A stretch of DNA of 64,000 nt. Source: an uncultured Collinsella sp. (GTDB taxonomy: Bacteria; Actinomycetota; Coriobacteriia; Coriobacteriales; Coriobacteriaceae). The position numbers and the translations under genes are program-made. The DNA is taken from assembly GCA_958415625.1 (NCBI GenBank), contig CATYZI010000012.1, positions 1,095 through 65,094 of the forward strand. The letters run 5' to 3'. Under the pieces are notes generated by a model. The model was not told where the DNA came from, ran no database searches, and worked only from the letters and a program-made list of their open reading frames with translations. Of the stretch, positions 19,602 to 27,703 are shown piece by piece (positions within the stretch are counted from its first letter, which is position 1; the number at the start of each line of letters is the position of its first letter).

Positions 19602-21422
19602 ATGTCCGTTGAGGTCATGAGGACTGTGATCGAGGCCGCCGAGGGCCGCGTGCCCGTCGACACGCTGTTTACCAATGCGCAGATCGTCGACGTGTATGGC
19701 CAGCGTGTGGCGCCCGGTAGCGTTGCCGTCAAGGACGGTGTGATCGTCGGCGTGCTCTACGATGGTCGCGACGATGCCGCTGGCACCTACGAGGCAACTG
19801 AGGTCATCGACTGCCAGGGTCGCTATCTCGCTCCCGGTTTTATTGACGGGCATTTGCACATTGAGTCCTCGAACATCCGCCCCGCCGAGTATGCGCGCAT
19901 GGCGGCGACGCGCGGTACCACCACCGCTATTGCTGACAGCCACGAGATTGCCAATGTTGCCGGTCTCGACGGCTTGCGCTTTATGATCGAGGACGGCCGC
20001 CGCGCACCCATCTCCATCAAGTACATGATGCCTTCGTGCGTGCCCGCACTGCCCGACGAGCAGGCCGGTGCCGTTATTTCGGCTGCCGATATGCAGGCGT
20101 TTTTTGCCGAGCATCCAGGCGATGTCTTTGGTCTGGGCGAAATGATGAATCTGCCGGGCGTCTTTATGGCCGACCCCGAGACCTGTGCTCGCATCGATGC
20201 TGCCAACCAGACGCCGTCCAAGCAGGTTGACGGCCACGCGCCGCTCGTTGCCGGTAAGGACCTCAACGCATATGCCGCAGCGGGCATTGTCGCCGACCAC
20301 GAGTCGACGATTCCCGAGGAAGCACTCGACAAGCTGTCCCGCGGCATGTATGTGATGCTGCGTGAGGGCACGTGCAGCCACGACCTGGCCAACCTGTCTC
20401 CGATGCTGTTGGAGAATCCTTCCCGTGCCCGCCGCTGCTGCTTTGCGACCGACGACCGCGCTCCCTCCGATGCGCTTTCGACCGGTATGATCGACAATGC
20501 CTGCCGCGTGGCTATCGAGGCCGGTATCGACCCCGTGGTCGCCATCTCCATGGCGTCCCTTTCCACGGCTGAGGCATTTGGCCTGGACCACGGCTTTCGC
20601 GACCCGCATGAGCTGCGTGGCGCCATCGCCCCGGGCAAGCGTGCCGACCTGCTGGTACTCAACGACCTGACGTTTGCCACGGCTCCGCATCGCGTATATG
20701 CCGCCGGTGCCCTGGTGGCGCAGGACGGCACCTTTGTGGGCGAGATTGCACCCGAGATGGCCGAGGTTGCGGCCCTTGCCGATGAGCTGCGTGCTTCCGT
20801 TAAGCTGCCGAAGCTTTCGCTCGACGTGTTCGACTATGCCTTTAAGCCGGGCGAGGCCGTGATCGACGTGGTGCCGGGTAAGGCCATCACGGGTATGGCT
20901 CGCCCCGAGAACGCCGAGGGCCTGCGTCGCATTATGCTGATTGAGCGCCACGGCCGCGGCGTGTCACTGCAGGCCGAGGGCGCCGACGGCGATGGTCCTG
21001 CGGGCCTGGGTCTTGTTGGCAAGCACATCGGTCGCGGCTGGGTGCGCGGCTTTACCATCACGGGCGGCGCTATCGCTTCGACGATCGGCCACGACTCGCA
21101 CAACGTGTGCGTGGTGGGCGATAACGCGGCCGATATGATGGCGGCCGTCGAGGCTGTGGGCCAGGGCGGCCACGTGCTGGTGCGCAACGGCGAGGTCGTG
21201 GCGCTTATTCCGCTGGCGCTCGGCGGCCTGATGAGCGAAGGCACTGCCGAAGACGTCGCGGCGCAGCACGACGACTTTATGGCCAAGGCGCGCGCCATGG
21301 GTATTGAGCCGCCGCTCGACCCCATCATGGGCATCATCTTCCTGCCCCTGCCGGTCATCCCGACGCTCCGCATCCGCCCCGAGGGCATGTTCGACGTTAC
21401 AACCTTCACCTACGCCGACTAG
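19602..21422 (+). CDS. ade: Adenine deaminase
   Basis: 606 aa with FIDGHLHIESS and the overall amidohydrolase layout. The stop TAG lies inside the terminal repeat of the following cassette. Confidence 0.9.
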   Translation: MSVEVMRTVIEAAEGRVPVDTLFTNAQIVDVYGQRVAPGSVAVKDGVIVGVLYDGRDDAAGTYEATEVIDCQGRYLAPGFIDGHLHIESSNIRPAEYARMAATRGTTTAIADSHEIANVAGLDGLRFMIEDGRRAPISIKYMMPSCVPALPDEQAGAVISAADMQAFFAEHPGDVFGLGEMMNLPGVFMADPETCARIDAANQTPSKQVDGHAPLVAGKDLNAYAAAGIVADHESTIPEEALDKLSRGMYVMLREGTCSHDLANLSPMLLENPSRARRCCFATDDRAPSDALSTGMIDNACRVAIEAGIDPVVAISMASLSTAEAFGLDHGFRDPHELRGAIAPGKRADLLVLNDLTFATAPHRVYAAGALVAQDGTFVGEIAPEMAEVAALADELRASVKLPKLSLDVFDYAFKPGEAVIDVVPGKAITGMARPENAEGLRRIMLIERHGRGVSLQAEGADGDGPAGLGLVGKHIGRGWVRGFTITGGAIASTIGHDSHNVCVVGDNAADMMAAVEAVGQGGHVLVRNGEVVALIPLALGGLMSEGTAEDVAAQHDDFMAKARAMGIEPPLDPIMGIIFLPLPVIPTLRIRPEGMFDVTTFTYAD

Positions 21423-21561
21423 TCATCGGGGACGTTCTTAAACGACTAGTCGTTGGGGACACTCTTTGGCGTGTCGCCTGACGCTGCGATTGTGGGACCT
21501 CTGGCATGTGTGAGCTATTTGCCAGGTCCTTGTAACGTTTACGCCCGCGGAGTCTTATTTG

Positions 21562-21623
21562 AGCTCCCTTTGGGTACGTTGGAATCGGATACACGTTCGA
21601 TTCCAACAAGCCCGAAGGGAGCT
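21562..21623 (+). promoter_or_regulatory. Nested 5'-UTR stem-loop sequestering the HAD gene SD
   Basis: Outer 13-bp stem agctccctttggg/cccgaagggagct (1 G.U). Inner 9-bp stem ttggaatcg/cgattccaa. The SD gaaggga lies in the 3' arm, and the ATG is at 21629. Confidence 0.5.
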
Positions 21624-21628
21624 TTTCT

Positions 21629-22423
21629 ATGTTTAAACTGATTGCATCCGATATGGACGGCACGCTGCTTGACGAAAACGGCCAGGTGCCTCCCGAGACC
21701 TACGAACTGATTTTGGCGCTACGCGAGCATGGCGTGCATTTTGCCGCGTCGTCAGGCCGCCGCTACGATCGCCTGTGCGAGTTCTTTGCGCCCGTTCGCG
21801 ACAAGATGGACTTTGTCGCAGCTAACGGTGCCCAGGTCTTCGCCGACGGCAAAATGGTAGACCGCGAGGTATATTCGCACCTGGCGATTCGAAAGCTCGC
21901 CCAGGCCGTCGCGACGTTTCCCAATCTGCATCTTGCACTCTTCGACCGAACCAAGTCCTTTTTGCTCGATGACGAGTGCAAGTTCGTGCGCGAGGTCGAT
22001 AAGGACCTTCCCAATGCCGAGCGCATTTGGGAGCTGCCCGATCCCAGCGTAAATATCATCAAAGCGAGTATCTTCTGCGACGACGGTGCCGTTATGGACA
22101 GTGCGTACGTGCTGCAGCGCGAACTCGGTCAGCTCTTTACTTTTGCGCCTTCGGGCAACGCGTGGATCGATGCCATGCAGCCTGGTGTGTCGAAGGCCTC
22201 GGGTATCGCACAGCTCGCGGAGCATTATGGCATTGGGCGCGATGAGGTTATGGCGTTTGGCGACTCGATGAACGACTACGAGATCATTCGCTTTGTGGGC
22301 ACGGGCTGCGCGATGGAAAATGCACGTCCCGCGCTCAAGGCCGTTGCCGATCGCGTGGTGGGACGCAACCGCGACCACGCCGTCCAGCAGGAGCTCCGCC
22401 GTGTTCTGGAGAGTCTCGCCTAA
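21629..22423 (+). CDS. Cof-type HAD-IIB family hydrolase
   Basis: Motifs DMDGTLL, SGRRY and FGDSMND. Confidence 0.9.
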   Translation: MFKLIASDMDGTLLDENGQVPPETYELILALREHGVHFAASSGRRYDRLCEFFAPVRDKMDFVAANGAQVFADGKMVDREVYSHLAIRKLAQAVATFPNLHLALFDRTKSFLLDDECKFVREVDKDLPNAERIWELPDPSVNIIKASIFCDDGAVMDSAYVLQRELGQLFTFAPSGNAWIDAMQPGVSKASGIAQLAEHYGIGRDEVMAFGDSMNDYEIIRFVGTGCAMENARPALKAVADRVVGRNRDHAVQQELRRVLESLA

Positions 22424-22542
22424 TCCGGCAGATGGGGACGTTCCCGTTCTGCCGGCAGGGGGGGGGCAGTCCTTGCAGCTTTTCGCGAAGAGTGTCCCCA
22501 ACGACTAGTCATTTAAGAACGTCCCCAATGACTAGCCGATGA

Positions 22543-23385
22543 CTAGGAGAGGGCAGCCATGATGGCGCGGGCGACGCCGTCGTGGTCGTTATCGTATTCG
22601 GTGATGGCGTCGGCGGCGTCGCGGTCCTCGGGCTCGGCGTTGATCATGGCCATGCCATGGCCCGCTGCCTGCAGCATGGGGATGTCGTTGATGTTGTCGC
22701 CGAAGGCCCAGGCGTCGGCAAGACGCTCGCCCAGATGCTCGCACAGCCACGTGAGGGCCGTTCCCTTGGTGGCGCCCTCGCCCATGACCTCGATATTCAT
22801 GGCGTACGAACGCGTGACCTCAATGCCTCCGAGCGTGTCGAGCTCCGCCGCGATGGCGTCGCGATCGGCCGGGTCGTGCCAGTACATGGCGATGCGTTCG
22901 AGCGTCTCGACCTCGTCGATCTTGCTGTCGATATCCAAGTCGATCGGTGTTCGTGTGCGCTTGAGCGAAGCCGCGATGTGGGGGTCGCCGCCGCAGAATT
23001 CGTTCAGGCGCGTGTAGAGCGAGCGGGGGAGGAAGCACTGCCCGTCAGCGAAGATGTCGAAGGTGACGTCATGGCCGGCGGCAATGCTATGGACGCGGTG
23101 GGCGATGGTGCGGTCGAGCGGTCGGCTCAAAATGCGCGTAGCACGTGAGGCATCGGCGGGCGTGCCGTCGTCGAGCTGCCAGACGCTGGCACCGTTGGCG
23201 CAGACCGCGTAGTGTACGGCAGGATGGGCGAGGATGGGCTCAAAGATGCCCGACAGCGGACGTCCCGTGCACGGTACAAACTCAATGCCGCGACGTGCGA
23301 GCTCGTCGAGCATCGACCAGGTGGCGTCGCTCATCAGTTTGTCGCTCGTCAACAGCGTCCCATCCATATCGGAAAAAACAATCAT
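22543..23385 (-). CDS. Cof-type HAD-IIB family hydrolase (second, convergent)
   Basis: Motifs FSDMDGTLL, CTGRP and FGDNINDIPML. Confidence 0.9.
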   Translation of the reverse strand: MIVFSDMDGTLLTSDKLMSDATWSMLDELARRGIEFVPCTGRPLSGIFEPILAHPAVHYAVCANGASVWQLDDGTPADASRATRILSRPLDRTIAHRVHSIAAGHDVTFDIFADGQCFLPRSLYTRLNEFCGGDPHIAASLKRTRTPIDLDIDSKIDEVETLERIAMYWHDPADRDAIAAELDTLGGIEVTRSYAMNIEVMGEGATKGTALTWLCEHLGERLADAWAFGDNINDIPMLQAAGHGMAMINAEPEDRDAADAITEYDNDHDGVARAIMAALS

Positions 23386-23410
23386 TCGATGCAGCCCTTT
23401 CTGCTGGCAT

Positions 23411-23449
23411 AAAAAGCGTGGCCGAGGGCGGTGATGCCCTGGCCACGCT
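23411..23449 (-). terminator. Rho-independent terminator after citrate synthase
   Basis: Stem agcgtggcc(g)agggc/gccctggccacgct, with a T-run on the minus strand (aaaaa on +). Confidence 0.75.
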
Positions 23450-23472
23450 CGAGTTCTATAACGGTCCGTGTC

Positions 23473-24891
23473 CTAGCGGTCGGCGAGCGGCTTGTACTCC
23501 AGCGGTTCGATCACCGGGCGGTAGGCGGGTCGGATGATGCGGTGCGCGCAGAAGAGCTCTTCCATGCGGTGCGCCGACCAGCCTGCCATGCGGGCGACGG
23601 CGAACAGCGGCGTAAAGAGCGTCTCGGGCACACCGAGCATCTTGTAGATAAAGCCCGTGTACAGGTCGATGTTGGCGCAGATGGGCTTGGTCATGCCGTG
23701 GTCGCGCATGACCTGGGGTGCCAGGCGCTCAATGCGCTCGATGAGTGCGAACTCTTCGCCCAAGTCCTTCTTGGCTGCCAGCGAGCGCGCGTAACGGCGG
23801 CATACCTCGGCGCGTGGGTCGCTCAGCGTGTAGACGGCGTGGCCCATACCGTAGATGAGGCCCGTGCCGTCGAAGGCCTGCTTGTCGAGGATCTTGCCCA
23901 GGTAGGCCGCGACCTCGTCCTCGTCCTCCCAGTTGGAAACATGCGCGCGGATGTCCTCGTGCATAGACACGACCTTGGCATTGGCACCGCCGTGGCGCGG
24001 GCCCTTGAGCGAGCCGATAGCCGCGGCGTAGGCGGAATACGGGTCGGTGGCCGAAGACGACAGCACGCGGCAAGCGAAGGTGGAGTTGTTGCCGCCGCCG
24101 TGCTCGGCATGCAGCATGAGCATCACGTCGAGCAGCATCGCCTCATCGCGGGTGAACGCCATGCCGCCGCGCAGGACCTGTAGGATGGTCTCGGCGGTGG
24201 AGAGACCGGGCGTGGGGTGCGGCACGTGAACCTCGGAGCCGCGAAGCTTGGCGATCGAGGCCATGTGTGCGAAGGCGGCGATGCGCGGGAGACGTGCGAG
24301 CATGGAAATGGCGACGTCGATTTCGTGCTCGGGCGTGATCACGTCTGGTTCGGCATCGAAGGCGTAGAGCAGCAGCACAGCGCGCTGGAGCACGTTCATG
24401 ATGCTCGACGACACCGTGGTCATGGGGAACTCTTTGACGTACTCGTCGCTCAGATGTCTAAAGGCACCTAGGCGCTCGCAGAAGCCGTCGAGCTCTTCTT
24501 TGTTGGGTAGCGAACCCGTGATAAGCAGATAGGCGACTTCTTCGTAGCCGTAGCGATTCTCGGCCTGGGCATTGTTGACCAGATCCTCGATGCTGTAGCC
24601 GCGAAGCGTGAGCTTGCCCTGATCGGGCACGACCTTTCCGTCGACCTTGTTGTAGCCGTGCACATCCGAGATACGAGTGAGGCCCGCGACCACGCCCGAG
24701 CCGTCGGCATTGCGCAGGCCGCGCTTGACATTGTGCTCGACAAACAGGCCCTCGTCATAAGGGTCGGTCGGAAGGCCGTGGTAGAGGTTTTCGCTCTCAG
24801 GCGAAATCTGGCGGCTTGCTTCGTAATCCAGAACCAGGCGGCTCAAGTGGTCATCGAAGCGGTAATAGATTTTCTTGGCGTCGTAGGCCAT
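23473..24891 (-). CDS. Citrate (or 2-methylcitrate) synthase
   Basis: Motifs HAEHGGGNNSTF, GPRHGGAN and GHAVY. Confidence 0.9.
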   Translation of the reverse strand: MAYDAKKIYYRFDDHLSRLVLDYEASRQISPESENLYHGLPTDPYDEGLFVEHNVKRGLRNADGSGVVAGLTRISDVHGYNKVDGKVVPDQGKLTLRGYSIEDLVNNAQAENRYGYEEVAYLLITGSLPNKEELDGFCERLGAFRHLSDEYVKEFPMTTVSSSIMNVLQRAVLLLYAFDAEPDVITPEHEIDVAISMLARLPRIAAFAHMASIAKLRGSEVHVPHPTPGLSTAETILQVLRGGMAFTRDEAMLLDVMLMLHAEHGGGNNSTFACRVLSSSATDPYSAYAAAIGSLKGPRHGGANAKVVSMHEDIRAHVSNWEDEDEVAAYLGKILDKQAFDGTGLIYGMGHAVYTLSDPRAEVCRRYARSLAAKKDLGEEFALIERIERLAPQVMRDHGMTKPICANIDLYTGFIYKMLGVPETLFTPLFAVARMAGWSAHRMEELFCAHRIIRPAYRPVIEPLEYKPLADR

Positions 24892-24968
24892 GCGCGCTCC
24901 TCTCCGGGCCGCATCGGGGTGACTTGCATGGGCATGCGCGCGTCAGGCTATCCCCAGCGGCCTGTTCG

Positions 24969-25256
24969 CTACAGGCGGTACATAAAGTTAAAGACGTCCT
25001 CGCGCTGAATGGACACGTTGACGCCCGAAAGCTCGCCGGCCTCGGCCAGGGCCTTCTGCAGCTCGGCGAAGTCGAGCTTGGACTCGGCGGTGTCGGCCAG
25101 CATGGTCATGGTGAAGATGTCCTCGATAATGGACTGCGTAATGTCGCGGATGTCGACATTGGCTTCGCCCAGGACACGGGTGACGCCGGCGACGATGCCG
25201 GGGCGGTTCTTGCCAAGGACGGTGATGACGATACGGGAGGACGAGATCTCGGCCAT
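24969..25256 (-). CDS. ACT domain-containing protein (UPF0237-like)
   Basis: 95 aa, VITVLGKNRPGIVAGVTRVLGEANVDIRDITQ. Confidence 0.8.
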   Translation of the reverse strand: MAEISSSRIVITVLGKNRPGIVAGVTRVLGEANVDIRDITQSIIEDIFTMTMLADTAESKLDFAELQKALAEAGELSGVNVSIQREDVFNFMYRL

Positions 25257-25651
25257 GGGAAACCCTTTCGCGTGTTGGCGGCGCGCGACGGCGCTCCGCT
25301 ACGGTACAGTGTTCATCATTGTACCTGTCTGGCGCAAAAAAGGCGCGCTCGCTGCGGCGTTACATGCCTGCAACATGAGCGTAAGGGGGAAGGCCGCACG
25401 GGGAAGAGCCGTCTGGCGCGTGTCCGGCTCGTGTTGGGTTGATTTCCGATCTCAGCCGAACACATTGAGCGGACAGGCCGTTCCCGCAGTCAGTCGAACG
25501 CCTCCGACGGCTGATTCCGAACTGGAAGCGGAGGGCATCCCCGCCCTTCGGTAGGGGATACCGCTCCGCGGCGCATGCCGCGGGCGGCGCCCCTATCGGA
25601 CCACCGTGACCTCAGTTGGGATGGGCCCAGCACTGCCGCGTACTCGGTGAG

Positions 25652-26368
25652 CTAGAGCCAACTGTTCGTCTTCACGTCGCGTATGGCGATATTTCGGTCG
25701 TCCGGCTCGGTGATGCCGTAGCCGAACGCCTGGAGCGTCTCGATGGACTCCTGGATCCTCTGTTGGAACATGGGACCCGGATCGACCCTCGGCCCGAGGT
25801 GCCCGCGCCAAAGGCACGGCGTGGCGCGCAGCATGTTATGGATTTTGGAGATGGGCTCGATGTCGGCGTAGACGTTGAGCGTCGCCATGGCGTCCTTGTG
25901 GCCGAGGATCGATTGGAGCGCCTTGATATCGCCGCCTTGGCGGATCCACTGCGTTGCGAACGTGTGGCGAAGGCCGTGGAACGTGATCAGCTCGTCGTTG
26001 GTGCCCATGAGGCCGTTGGTCTCCGAGAACGTCTTGAACGCCCTGCGGATATAGCTTGTCGTCGCGAAGGTCGCGCCCGGCTCCGACAGGATGTAGCAGT
26101 CCCCGATCTCGACCGCCCCGGTAAGGCCGCGCAAGCGCAGCTTTCCGCAGTCGATCTCGTGGGTCTCCTTCAGGAAGGGGAGTAGGCCGACCGGGTCGAT
26201 GGGAATGGCCCTGGAATCATGGGTCTTGGTGTCCTTGATGAAGGAACCCATCCCCTTCGTGTGCGCCACCGAGTGCCTGACCGAGATCAGGCCCGTCTCG
26301 AAATCCACGCCGCACCACCTAAGGCCGAAGACCTCGCCGATTCGCATCCCCGTGTTCAGGGCGAGCAA
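25652..26368 (-). pseudogene. Tyrosine recombinase/phage integrase, catalytic domain only (N-terminally truncated)
   Basis: It has the R (LNTGMRIGE), HxxR (HGLRHTF) and H...Y (LGHKDAMATLNVYAD) motifs but lacks about 100-150 N-terminal residues. The upstream space is occupied by the HTH gene. Confidence 0.75.
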
Positions 26369-26377
26369 GACCGCCCT

Positions 26378-26629
26378 CTAATCCTCGGCGGACCAATCGA
26401 GTCCGAACTCTTTTCTGGCATCCTCTTCGCTCATGACTTCGAGAAGGTCTCCAGGTTGGCAACGAAGGGCGAGGCATAGCTGCTCGAGTGTGTTGAAGCG
26501 AATGCCGCGAATATGCCCTTTTTTAATACGGGACAGGTTCACGGGCGTGGTTCCAATCCTTTCGGCAAGTTCGTTCGAGGAAATCTTTCGCTCGGCCATG
26601 ATCTTGTCGAGGCGAACAATTACGGGCAT
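26378..26629 (-). CDS. YozG-like XRE-family HTH transcriptional regulator
   Basis: 83 aa, IVRLDKIMAERKISSNELAERIGTTPVNLSRIKKG..IRFNTLEQLCLALRCQPGDLLE. Paired with a DUF2975 gene. Confidence 0.85.
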   Translation of the reverse strand: MPVIVRLDKIMAERKISSNELAERIGTTPVNLSRIKKGHIRGIRFNTLEQLCLALRCQPGDLLEVMSEEDARKEFGLDWSAED

Positions 26630-26638
26630 GGCGTTTCC

Positions 26639-27151
26639 TTACGCAATCTCGTCGGAGTCGAGGTACAGCTCTCGGGCGTACAAGAAGAGCTGGGAAAGCA
26701 TGAACAGGACGATGCCGAGAACCAGAGAGGTCCAATCGAATGATGAAGCGATCTCTTGGGCGCCGACGGCCCCCTCGCCGCCAAACATCGAAACGGAGGT
26801 TTTGAGTGAGCCGGCGTAGAGGCTGGTGGCAGCTTGAACAACGAAGAGAATGCCGAGCACCTTCAAGCATGTCGCAGACCCTTTCTTGAAGGGGTCTCCG
26901 CTCTTGATCGTCCACACGAGAACGGCGCTGAGGATGGTCGTAGCGATACCGATGACGGCAGGGACCAATGTCGAGATCGCAAGGGCTGGATACGCGGGGG
27001 AGTCTACAATCACAGGGTTGTCGAGCACTTCGATTGCTGGCTTTAAGGAGAACGCCACTTGTGCGATGGCGGTGACGCAAAGGGCCGCAGAGGCTATCGC
27101 ACATGCGATGCGGAAGGAATGAAGCCGGGGAGTGCGATTGTCGGAACTCAT
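26639..27151 (-). CDS. DUF2975-like membrane protein
   Basis: 170 aa with 4 TM segments. It shows the usual partnership with a YozG-like HTH located 10 nt downstream. Confidence 0.7.
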   Translation of the reverse strand: MSSDNRTPRLHSFRIACAIASAALCVTAIAQVAFSLKPAIEVLDNPVIVDSPAYPALAISTLVPAVIGIATTILSAVLVWTIKSGDPFKKGSATCLKVLGILFVVQAATSLYAGSLKTSVSMFGGEGAVGAQEIASSFDWTSLVLGIVLFMLSQLFLYARELYLDSDEIA

Positions 27152-27207
27152 AATAACCTCCGAAGAATTTAAAAAACTCAGGTTACTTTTTAACAGTTTA
27201 TGTTAAA

Positions 27208-27236
27208 TTGACTTTGCCGGCAAGTAATCACAGTAT
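27208..27236 (+). promoter_or_regulatory. Possible promoter of the secreted-protein gene (TTGACT-17 nt-cagtat)
   Basis: Good -35 and weak -10, in an AT-rich divergent spacer. Confidence 0.3.
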
Positions 27237-27271
27237 GCTGCAACCGAAACCCCTCTAGATTGGAGAGGATT

Positions 27272-27637
27272 ATGTTCAGTACTGTTAAGTCGTGTAAGCT
27301 CTTGGTTTTCCTCGGCCTCGCTCTTTGTCTGTTGCTGCCGGGAGCCCCCGCTTTTGCGGATACCCCGATGCCTCCTTCCCAGGAGAGCAGCCAGTGTGCC
27401 CTCGTTGAGCCCCTCGGGTATACGGACGACGTCGTCGATACCTACTGGAGCTACAGCTGTCCTCGCGGCGTAAGCGGGCACAGCATCTCGATGTTCAACA
27501 TCTCTTACAAGACGATCTCCTACCGAAATGGCTATCGCCGATCCGCGCATCATAGGGAATCCCGCCTCGCTGCAATGTGTTCCTGTGGTGTTCTTGGCAC
27601 AACTGATAAATGGCAATTTGTCTATAGCACCTACTAG
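27272..27637 (+). CDS. Small secreted Cys-containing protein, unknown family (candidate bacteriocin-like product)
   Basis: Sec signal MFSTVKSCKLLVFLGLALCLLLPGAPAFA|DT. The mature protein is 92 aa with 4 Cys and is Ser/Tyr-rich. SD ggagagg precedes ATG 27272. Confidence 0.65.
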   Translation: MFSTVKSCKLLVFLGLALCLLLPGAPAFADTPMPPSQESSQCALVEPLGYTDDVVDTYWSYSCPRGVSGHSISMFNISYKTISYRNGYRRSAHHRESRLAAMCSCGVLGTTDKWQFVYSTY

Positions 27638-27644
27638 ATGCGAG

Positions 27645-27673
27645 GAGGGGCCGAGCATTTTGTTCGGCCCCTC
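27645..27673 (+). promoter_or_regulatory. Intercistronic GC hairpin directly after the small gene
   Basis: Perfect 10-bp stem gaggggccga/tcggcccctc with a 9-nt loop, starting 8 nt after the stop. There is no U-run. Confidence 0.6.
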
Positions 27674-27703
27674 TGTTCCGACTGGATGAGGTTAAGGTTG
27701 GCG

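Larger units (their letters stand above)
21419..22535. mobile_element. Transposase-less cassette (MIC/MITE-like) bounded by 48-bp inverted repeats, carrying one HAD gene
   Basis: 21419-21466 matches the reverse complement of 22488-22535 at 46/48 positions. It is flanked by direct ccga (or, in another register, ctag). Confidence 0.6.

Noticed and set aside
25603-25622. Island attL/attR direct repeat (pairing with 32697-32717).
   Set aside because: Only a 7-mer plus a 5-mer match, with an indel. This is too weak to call an att site without comparative data. It is mentioned under the island finding only as a lead.
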